Part shown: piece by piece, positions 52,592 through 61,670 of the stretch
Layout: every line of letters starts with the position of its first letter
Position numbering within the stretch: the first letter of the stretch is position 1
NCBI GenBank assembly: GCA_973895155.1
Contig: OZ316891.1
Coordinates: 11,342,671 to 11,406,670, forward strand
Length of the DNA stretch: 64,000 nt
Reading direction: 5' to 3'
Source: Marsupella aquatica
Lineage: Eukaryota; Plantae; Marchantiophyta
Notes under the pieces: generated by a model
What the model was told of the DNA's origin: nothing
What the model saw: the letters and a program-made list of their open reading frames with translations, nothing else
Database searches by the model: none
Translations under genes and position numbers: made by a program

Positions 52592-53389
52592 TCAACCGCC
52601 ACGGCCCCCTACAGCGGCATCAGCCTGGGGTACAGCAGTAGTGACCTCAGCAGCGAGCTTGGCTTGGGCCAGGTCTTTGATATTCGTAACCTCATCCTGC
52701 ACAACTCGTTGATGAGGATGACAAAGCAGAAAGCATATGTGCTTGAACAGAGTCCGTGCACTACCACTACTGCTCTCGAAGATGTAGCCTTCGTGTTGGC
52801 TCACATGCTCCAGGGCATCCACCAATGCATCATACACCCTCTGGGGGCAGTTGTTGGGTGCCGGCTTGTCATGCATGTAGAGAGCATCCAGAGTAAAGCT
52901 GTTCTGCCGTTCCAGCCATTGCTCCGAATATTCTGGCACCACAGATGAGCGGCAATAAATGAGAACGAGTCTCAGAGTCCTGCCCTGAGAGATGGAAGCT
53001 CTGGCTTCTGTGGTGGCCACTTGAAACAGAGCTGAGAGGTCAAACTGGTCATACGCCACTGCGTCGGTGTTGATAGTCCTCACAGACGTGCTGATCACGT
53101 CCAGGTTGCTGCTGAACTCTTTCTGATGCCACGAGGGGAATCTGCCCAGAGTCAGAAAGGCAAATTGGTGGAGTGGGTTCATTGTCAGCTTGGAATGGAT
53201 GAACAGCAGTAAGGCCTGTTTCACAGCATCCATCCTCCGCAACGCCGGACCCTTGCTTCCCCCACTGGAAACGGCCTTCATTTCAGCGTCGGCATCCTTG
53301 TCTATATCCACCGCAATCAGAATGTTCTCCAGCGTGTAGCTTCCGGATTTCGCGTCGTGACGCCCATGCTCCATCCCATGGCGATGCAT
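52592..53389 (-). CDS. BABAM1: BRISC and BRCA1-A complex member 1 (MERIT40/NBA1), vWA-like domain
   Basis: ENILIAVDID...MDAVKQALLLFIHSKLTMNPLHQFAF, FDLSALF, LRLVLIYCRSSVVP, FTLDALYMHDKP..NCPQRVYDAL, LLCHPHQR; matches plant MERIT40 homologs as recalled. Intronless. Confidence 0.9.
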   Translation of the reverse strand: MHRHGMEHGRHDAKSGSYTLENILIAVDIDKDADAEMKAVSSGGSKGPALRRMDAVKQALLLFIHSKLTMNPLHQFAFLTLGRFPSWHQKEFSSNLDVISTSVRTINTDAVAYDQFDLSALFQVATTEARASISQGRTLRLVLIYCRSSVVPEYSEQWLERQNSFTLDALYMHDKPAPNNCPQRVYDALVDALEHVSQHEGYIFESSSGSARTLFKHICFLLCHPHQRVVQDEVTNIKDLAQAKLAAEVTTAVPQADAAVGGRGG

Positions 53390-54720
53390 TTTTATATATT
53401 GGCCACCGTTCTCAGACGACCTTGAAACCCTGTTTTCCTCTTCCGAGCCTACAGTAAACTTGCTTCAACCTAAAAGCAGAACTTGAATGGAAACGACGGG
53501 GACGAGAAGAGAAAAGAAAACATGTGAGTCCTCTATTCTCCCTCCAAATTATGGGAACTAGCCAGAACGAAAATTCTTTTTGGAACCCAGCCTCTGCCGA
53601 AACTCCTTCAACCTTCTTCCAACAATTCAAGACCCGATCGAACTCTTCAACCCGAAGAAGCCACTCACCAAGACTCGCACAAATTCATTCCTTTTAGGGC
53701 TGAACTCTGAAGAGACAATGGAGGAATACTCAATTTCCCATTCAGAAAGTGCACATTCTCTAGACGTTCCCACATGTATGAAAAGCTCCGCCAACTCAGA
53801 TAATGTTCTCGTCCAGCTGGATCAAGGATTCGCCCTCGTGATTGACTGCAGCTTTCTCTACATTGTCGAACCAAAGCTCATCAGTGGCACAAGTTGAACA
53901 TGCGAGCTGCTCCTGAGACGAGCAATCGCTACAACAGCTCCATTCTTTCGCATCACGCAGGTCAAATCCCCAGTGGTGAAGCAGAAATGCCTCCTTTACG
54001 CTCCGTCTGAGTCCTTCGTCACTATTGCACTGCAAATTCTGCAAACAGAGAACGAAAAACATTTATCCCCTTCCACTCTGTCTATCATCCTCTCCATTTC
54101 CATGGAACACTAATGGCAGCACAAAGAAATTGGAATGGGCACTGACATTGCTATTGGGATACAAACAGGACCTTTATACTGGCACAAACTACTTTTTTTT
54201 TCTTTTCTTTCCCCTTTGGAGAAAAGAGGGCAAGCCCCCCCAAAATTTATACCTTAAAACCGCAAAACAATGGGTCCTTGCCTGGGGGAAGACTCTTAGA
54301 ACCTCAGAGTGTCATTCTATGGAAATAAGAGATTATATGCAGAGTGACCATGATAACCAAGAGAACCCAACTCCTGCACTTGAATTCCAGAATACCAGAG
54401 AAATCCACTGAACACCTTCTACTATAAGGCAAATGCTTACATGTCAGCAATGTTGGAATTTTGTCTTGTAGTGATGCGTAAATGACTATTGCATAGTATT
54501 TGATAGGATTTAGTGGGAAAATTCAACACATGCCAAATAAAAGTACATGTTACATAATGACCAGTAAAAGTTTAAGTGCACAAGTCTTGAAAAGTAGTGC
54601 ACATAAGGTACAAATTTTCACTTGCTTTAATGACACTCAAAATCAAAACTCAAAATCCTCCCTTGCATTAGGTAATGACAGTAAAAACCATAAACTTAGC
54701 AAATAAAAGTTTGAGGAGTA

Positions 54721-54890
54721 CTTAAACCACAACTGCCCTTCAAAAGCTACGGGTTACCCGTAGTTACCATTAAAAGGAGAATTTTCCTGAAATTGTTAGT
54801 TACCATTAAAAAGAGATTTTTCCTGAAATTGTGGAGCAAACTGACATGCTAGAGGAGAACAATGATGAAATGTGGAAGTTGTGGTTTAAG
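54721..54890. mobile_element. MITE family copy with perfect 14-bp inverted ends
   Basis: CTTAAACCACAACT (54721) / AGTTGTGGTTTAAG (ends 54890); internal TTCCTGAAATTGTGGAGCAA shared with 43655 and 49713. Confidence 0.7.
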
Positions 54891-55408
54891 GCAGGAGGCC
54901 AGAGTCCACACCTCAAAGTATGAATTCTCTCTCTCATTCACTAGAATTGGCAGAAATTCCCATAAAATCTTTAGAGGGGTTGAATTCACTATATTGAAAG
55001 CTAAACTTAGTGGGGAATGGAAGCTCTAGCATCCTAAACTATAATACACAGTTGCGCCAAAAAATGGCGTGGTCGTCATTCAAATTTGGAGTGTCCTTTT
55101 GGGTGAGAATAATTAAAACCTGTAAATATGGAACCAATAAGGGAAAGGAAAAAAAAGGAACGTGAAAAAACTTGGTACAGGGCCAGGTGTACACAGGGTG
55201 TGCACAAACCAGGTACACAAAGATGCACAAGACAAGTACTATTGTACCTTCAGGTACAGACATATGAGCTCATTACTCTTGGGAGCCCAGGTACAAGGTA
55301 CAAAGGGGATAGACCCGGTTTGAGTTGTCGGACAACTTGTCGTGTTGTCGGACACGACAACTTGTCATTTGTCGCCCGAAAATGACCTTATTTGTCGCAT
55401 ATTCCCTC

Positions 55409-55858
55409 TTATGCCCCGGTCCGGACCCGGCCCCGGCCCGGCCCAATCCCTTCCCGGCCCGGCCCATTCCCTCCCCGACTCTTCCCGGCCCCTTCCATTC
55501 CCGGCTCGGTCCGGCACCCGGCTCGGCCCCGCACCCGGCCCGGCCTCACAAACACTAGGTGAGGGCGGGCCGAGTGCGGGGCCGGGCGGGATGCGGGACC
55601 CGGCCGGGAAGGGGCAGGGCCGGGAATGGGAGAGGCCGGGCCGGGAAGGGAAGGGGCCGGGAAGGGAAGGGGCCGGGCCGGGAATGGGAAGGGCAGGGCC
55701 GGGAATGGGAGAGGCCGGGCCGGGAAGGGAAGGGGCCGGGAAGGGAAGGGAAGGGGCCGGGCCGGGAATGGGAGGGGCAGGGCCGGGAAGGGAAGAGGCC
55801 GGGCCGGGAATGGGAGTGACCGGGAAGGGAAGGGGCCGGGCCGGGCCGGGCCGGGAAT
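55409..55858. repeat. GC-rich subterminal array (CCCGG / GGGCCGGGAAGGGAAG units), partly palindromic
   Basis: C-rich arm 55409-55545 is the inverse of the G-rich arm 55560-55858; many GGG tracts with short loops. Confidence 0.9.
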
Positions 55859-55859
55859 G

Positions 55860-56190
55860 ACTTTTGTACGCACATGTTTGGAGCTTCGGCTCGACGTGTG
55901 GCATTTCATGCAGAAATTTTTGAATCTCCCTTAACAATTTAGTGATATTTGTGAGTTTTGTGATACAATTACATCGATAGACGTATTCATGTACGCATGT
56001 TTGGAGCTTCGGCTCGACGTGTGATATTTTGCATGGTTATCGCAATTCATCGGAAATGTTTTCACTCAATTAGCAAATTATTGTTAAATTATAGATATCA
56101 CATACGTCGGATAGGAAAGTGAATGACTTAAAACAAAAGTAAACATTTGTGCTCATGCTTGGAGTTTAGACTCGGCATGGGATATTTCAC
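55860..56190 (+). repeat. Left long subterminal inverted-repeat block (3 x ~37-bp unit)
   Basis: CATGYTTGGAGCTTCGGCTCGACGTGTGRYATTT at 55873 and 55996, with a more diverged copy at 56154. Confidence 0.9.
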
Positions 56191-56296
56191 TAATGTTTTA
56201 TCTTCCTGTTTCCAAGTCGTTACTTTCAAAACAAAAATAAAACTATTTTTTGGTTGAGTGAAGGCATTTCACACTTATTTGTGAGTTAGTACTTCA

Positions 56297-59188
56297 TTGT
56301 TTTCGACCATGTCTTCAGATGAAGATGAGTCAGGTGACTTATCAGCCCATTCAACTCCTGTTAGACAAGGTCGAAATCCGGCGCGAGAATGTACTGCAAA
56401 ATTTTCCCCGGTATGGAAATATTTTGATCGATGTGACTCTCCGTCAGGCTGTCATGACATCAATCGTATGTATCGAAAATGCCGGTTTTGCAAAAAATAT
56501 ACTACATTCCATGCAACACGAGCAAGGGCACATTTGATGGGAAATATATACAAAGGGGATGCACCACCTTGCCTAGGACTCTATGGTGTCATTGAATTGG
56601 ATGACATCAATAGAATGTACAATGTGATCAAAGTGGACTCTTCTATTAGGTACAAACGAAGCGATGGAAGTCATATACTATTGTCTGCCAGAGGTCGGAG
56701 ATCGTTTATCCAAACGACAAATTCGCAAGCTTCAACTCGAGGCTCCAATCATGTTGACGTGGAGGAGAATCCAAACATGAGAAATGCGGCTAGGGCATCA
56801 AGTCTTTCAAACCCTATTATAGATGCTTATCAAATTCCAAATAGATCACATTTGGATAAGCTATGGGCAAAAGCTTTTTACTTAAGTGGTATTCCGTTCA
56901 ATGTCTCAGAGAATCCATTATTTCAAGAAGCAGTTGCAGAGACTTCTAAAGGAATTGTTAATGGGTATTCCCTTCCTAGTATGCGAAACCTCAAATTCAA
57001 ATTGTTGGAGGAGGTCAAAGCTGATGTCGCAAAAGACATGACAAAAACCATGAAGGAGGCCAAACCTTTTGGATATACCCTTTCATCAGATGGATGGGAA
57101 AATATCCGAAGAGAACCCTTGATGAATGTCATGTTGTTGACTTGTAGAGGAGATATTTTCTTGGATAGTTGGAATGCTGCACAAGCTGATAAGAAAGATC
57201 GAAGATACCTTGGAGAGATGTGGCTGAAATATATAGACGAAATTGGCGCGGATCACATCATACAAATTGTAACCAACGGTGCGCCAGCTAATCGAGTTGG
57301 AGGTGAAGATATAGTGATGCAAAAATATCCGCATGTTACTTGGAGCTGGTGCGCTGCCCACGTGTTTAATTTGTTGCTAGAAGACATGTGTGGCCATAAG
57401 AAAATTGTGGTAGATGAAAGTGGACGAAATCCATTCAAATTCATTTTCAAATGTTTGAGGTGGATAGTAAAAGCAGTTTCATCATCCCAAAAACTCTCCG
57501 CAATTTTTGTTCGAAAATCTGCCTACAGAAAACTGTTGAATCCAAATGCAACAAGATTTGCGACCAATTTCTTAATGGCGCAAAGAGCATTGGAGCTAAG
57601 AGGTCCCTTGCAAGAAATGGTCATTGATGATAAATGGCATCTTTATCGTGATAGGCTTCCAGGTCACTCAAGGTCGAATGGGCACATGACGAGAGCAAAG
57701 GCAGATGAACTGAAGCAATGGATTCAACAAGATGCATTTTGGGCTCAAGTGAGTTCTACAGTGACTTTTTTCACACCGTTGGTGAAGATGCTACGTGAAT
57801 TTGATGGGGACTTGCCGCAGTCAACTTGGTTGTATTGGAGCTTGAAAAAGGGGATTGCTGATCTGGAGGCGAGCATGGAAGAATGTTCCTTAGTAATTGA
57901 GTACCTGAAACCAAGGATAAGGAAAGTGTATATGGATCGAAGGAAATCGCTTACTAACGATTTCATGCTAGCTGCAGCATATTTGAATCCTCATTATTTC
58001 TTTGATGAAGACGAAGATGTGGGCGGAGATGCTGAGCTATGTAGAGGCTTCAATGATTATGTTGCAAGATACGCAGAACACAGTGTGAAGCCAGGGATCA
58101 ACCATGATCATGATGTCACTAAACTTATTTCTGCCATCCAAAAGCAGGCATTCGAGGCTCAAAAGAAATTGCCAAACACATCTGTTGGCATAAGAGGAGC
58201 CCAAGCAAATATTGAAAATTTCAGTCCGGGAGAGTGGTGGCATGCATATGGAGCTGATTACAAGGATCTAAGGATCATGGCTAGGAAAATCACTCACCAA
58301 CAAATGTGCGCATCATCGTGCGAACGGAATTGGAGTTCGTATGGATTTATACATTCAAAAATTCGTAACAGGTTGACCAATGATCGGGCAAAAGATTTAG
58401 TCTTTGTATTCACAAATACGCGAGTGGAAAAAGGACTTACAAAGGTCCGAAACCCCCAAACGTTCATCTACAAACGTTATGATGAAAGAAGAGCAAGAAA
58501 TGATGCACCTAGATCATCCTCCACTGAAGCCTTCCAGAATGAGGAGCATGATGCAAGAAGTGCGGGTCAGGGGGAGGAAGATGTCAATGATTTTGATACA
58601 ATTGATGACGCCGATGAGGCGTTGCAAGGATTGTCATTGCAATGTGATAGTGAGGTATTGACTCGTATTCCACCGGATACTGAGGATAGTAATGCGGGTG
58701 AATGGGAGGATGATACTGACTACTTCATGTTTCCTACCATTGACGAGTCTCAAGTCCAAGATGATGAGGAGTACTCATTGCATACAGGCTTTGATATGCA
58801 TTCCCAACCAAACCCATTTTTCACTTTTCCAGGATTGAATGTCCACCGTGATCACCTAGCAAGTACTTCATATGCATTTCATAAAGGAAGTGACATACCA
58901 GAGCATCATTTGGAGGGAACTACTTCTGCCTTTTATGCACAACATGATCAACTACAACGCCGAACACTACATAATGATGCACAGTGGGGACAAACAGTTA
59001 CTCCAGCAGTCAATATCACGAACCCATACCCATCATACACGCATGCTCGTGTCATTCAACAATCTCATGACAATGACGATTCGCATAATCGTTACCCATT
59101 TCCATGGGCCAATCGACATCATAAATTTGATGGACTCATGCAACAAAATCAGAACAATATGACGAGGGATTACTCCTCACAGCCTTGA
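56297..59188 (+). CDS. hAT-family transposase (BED zinc finger, DUF659/RNase H-like core, hAT dimerisation domain)
   Basis: PVWKYF..KCRFCKK..ARAHL (BED); SGIPFNV, YTLSSDGW, IIQIVTNGA, WCAAHVFNLLLEDM, TRFATNFL, AAAYLNP, EWWHAYG, ASSCERNWS..FIHSKIRNRL. No internal stops; first ATG at 56309. Confidence 0.95.
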   Translation: MFSTMSSDEDESGDLSAHSTPVRQGRNPARECTAKFSPVWKYFDRCDSPSGCHDINRMYRKCRFCKKYTTFHATRARAHLMGNIYKGDAPPCLGLYGVIELDDINRMYNVIKVDSSIRYKRSDGSHILLSARGRRSFIQTTNSQASTRGSNHVDVEENPNMRNAARASSLSNPIIDAYQIPNRSHLDKLWAKAFYLSGIPFNVSENPLFQEAVAETSKGIVNGYSLPSMRNLKFKLLEEVKADVAKDMTKTMKEAKPFGYTLSSDGWENIRREPLMNVMLLTCRGDIFLDSWNAAQADKKDRRYLGEMWLKYIDEIGADHIIQIVTNGAPANRVGGEDIVMQKYPHVTWSWCAAHVFNLLLEDMCGHKKIVVDESGRNPFKFIFKCLRWIVKAVSSSQKLSAIFVRKSAYRKLLNPNATRFATNFLMAQRALELRGPLQEMVIDDKWHLYRDRLPGHSRSNGHMTRAKADELKQWIQQDAFWAQVSSTVTFFTPLVKMLREFDGDLPQSTWLYWSLKKGIADLEASMEECSLVIEYLKPRIRKVYMDRRKSLTNDFMLAAAYLNPHYFFDEDEDVGGDAELCRGFNDYVARYAEHSVKPGINHDHDVTKLISAIQKQAFEAQKKLPNTSVGIRGAQANIENFSPGEWWHAYGADYKDLRIMARKITHQQMCASSCERNWSSYGFIHSKIRNRLTNDRAKDLVFVFTNTRVEKGLTKVRNPQTFIYKRYDERRARNDAPRSSSTEAFQNEEHDARSAGQGEEDVNDFDTIDDADEALQGLSLQCDSEVLTRIPPDTEDSNAGEWEDDTDYFMFPTIDESQVQDDEEYSLHTGFDMHSQPNPFFTFPGLNVHRDHLASTSYAFHKGSDIPEHHLEGTTSAFYAQHDQLQRRTLHNDAQWGQTVTPAVNITNPYPSYTHARVIQQSHDNDDSHNRYPFPWANRHHKFDGLMQQNQNNMTRDYSSQP

Positions 59189-59649
59189 TATGTTTTGTGA
59201 TTACTATAGGATGATATCTGTCAATTGTAATTTTTGAAGTATAATACATATTTTTTTCCCACTTTGAATGGCTTTGGTGCTTGATTTTACTCTTGCTTGC
59301 GATTGTATTGTCGATTACAATTTTTAGAGTGTTCTATATTTGAACGTATTTTTGTGAAATAATCACCATATTACAGCAGCAATCGCTGAATTCATATCTC
59401 CACGCAAAAGATTCACCGAGTGTAAAAATGAAGTTTAATAAATATATGTTTTCAACTTTGAAGGACATGCCCATGAAAATCTTTGTGGTGCAGCCGGTAC
59501 TATATATGAATAATATGATCTAATGTCTAGAAACTATCCTATGCGGCCGATACTATAGAAAATGTGTATAGTACAACTAGGTAAGCGTACACTACACGAT
59601 CAAAAATGTATGAATATGCAAATAGTAAATGTTTTGGTATCTTCCTCTC

Positions 59650-61511
59650 TCAATGCATGGTCATTTCCGCTTTCACTTCTGCTTGTTGTTGACGTCGCCG
59701 ATGACGACGAATAGATCGTTGCATGTTTTGCTCGTTGGTAGTTGGTTGATTGGACTGAGCATACTCTTTCCATTCATTGAAACGACCACTGAATAATAAC
59801 TTGTCAAAGTCACCATCTGACAGATTGTACTCATTGATTGTAAAGTTTTCAATGGGTGTGGAATCTATTTCCGTCATCGCCACACCGTCCTGAGTCATGT
59901 CTTCATCGTCTTGTTGTGTCTCCATTGGTGGGATTTGATTCAACAATCCTCGTTGCTCATACTCCTGTTCATGAAATGGTTTCCTACACCAACATTTTCG
60001 ACTCTTCTTCATCCACCTGAATAAGCAAGCATGATGTCATAAATATCCGCAAGTTCCCATAATGGAAACTTATTCTGGGCCCCATGGATATAAACACCAA
60101 GGACACCTTGCACCCATTTGTCGAACAAATTCAGCCATACTTTCATCTTTCTTCCACTTATCAAAATACTCCTCAACTGCTACCGAATCGACCTCCACAT
60201 CAGGAAAAAGGTTAGATTCTAATGTAGGATCAATCATTTGAAAATTCATAAAATTGACATTGTTCAATTTTGATTTTCCTTTGTTCGATTCATTGTCCAT
60301 ATCAGAATTGTTCATTTGGTCTATCTCTTCTTGGAGATTTGTGATGATGAGCTTTTGTGATGCAACTTCATCCTTCAGATTCTTTATGACTCTATTTTCT
60401 TGAAGTTGCGCTTGTTCATTGGATTGCCTTTCATTTTTAGCAACTTGCCTTCGAAGCCTCTCAATTTCTTCCATCTTGTCAAACAATTGGGCCTTGTATC
60501 GGTACATGTCTTGGACCTCACAATTGGTACCCGATGAAATAGACATCTTCTCTAGTGATTTCATCTTCAAATCACTCTCTTTTAGTTTTGACGTGTAGTA
60601 GTCAATGCTACCAGCGTCACAAAGTTTGAGACGGTAATTGATGCGGAGAATGTTCTCAATAAAATCACCAATCTCACATCCCAACCCCTTGCAGACACTT
60701 TGCATGCAAGGAGTTCCCTTGTTGGCATCCAAAACACCCGTGTTGTTTGTTGGTAAGGTGCTACTTGGACCAATAGAAACGTTGTCGTAGTGCTTTTTCC
60801 TTCTTTGATACAAGCGGCACTGCTTTCAGATTTTGTAAAGAACTGTGGGATTGCAGTCATTTTTTGGCTCTCATTTGTATGCACCTTGTGCACTTCATCT
60901 ATTTTTCGCTTGGAGCCTTTGTTGGTAGTCACAGGCATTTTATTCCTGTTACTTGTGGTGGAAAAGACTTTCGAGTGAACATTATGCACAAACTTGCCTT
61001 CGTCCGTCTCCCATCGGTAATCCACTTTCCACCTTAGGATGAATTCAACAATCAGTAGTCGGATAAAAGGAGTATATACTGAACTCGTTTTCCCTTGCGC
61101 TTTTCTTGGAGCAAATTCCCTGTAATGTTGTGCCCAGTGCTGCTTCACCTCTTCATGTGTCACCTTCGACATAGTAAACTTATCTTGCAACCAAGACTTT
61201 GTGCCCCACATTTTCTCATCGCGAAAAATCATTTTGGCAAATTTTTGAAAAGCCTCCTTAGGCATCAATATTTCCAATTCTTTGGCGTTGATTGGCCATT
61301 CCGTGTGAGGAGGTTTCACATCGGGTGTGAGTATATTCCATTGCACATTGGGTTTGGACTCGTCCTCCGTCTAAGTTGCTGGAAGTTTGTGGACGTTGTC
61401 AAAACTGTAATTTTCGTGGTCCAAGTAAGACCCTTGACCATCTTGCATTTTAGGATCATATACACGATTGGGCTCATCATCCTCATCTGAACTCAACTCC
61501 CATTTTCCCAT
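59650..61511 (-). pseudogene. Coiled-coil + RING-H2 (E3 ligase-like) cargo gene, disrupted
   Basis: ATG 61511 (MGKWELSSDEDD); in-frame TAG 61371-61373; frameshift ~60780-60810; coiled coil (MEEIERLRRQV...LQEEIDQM); read-through gives CPWC...PE*VSIMGTCGYL*HHACLFRWMKKSRKCWCRKPF. Confidence 0.75.
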
Positions 61512-61670
61512 CCTTGCAAAATTTCCAATAAAAACAAATATTTAGCATTCATTGCAACATTCACCAAAAAAAAAGTTTTATGAGATGATATAAAAATTTC
61601 AATTTATACCACATGATGAACATGTGATTGTTCATGTGGTAATTAAGAGAAGATAATGGTGAAAACTAAT

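Noticed and set aside
55325-55937. Several overlapping Gly/Pro/Arg-rich 'collagen-like' ORFs
   Set aside because: Open in nearly all frames on both strands because the GC repeat lacks stop codons; no evidence of real coding.
55873-56190. Spaced ~37-bp repeats superficially like a CRISPR array
   Set aside because: Eukaryotic context, spacers of ~85-120 bp that are themselves mirrored at the other end, no cas genes; these are transposon subterminal repeats.
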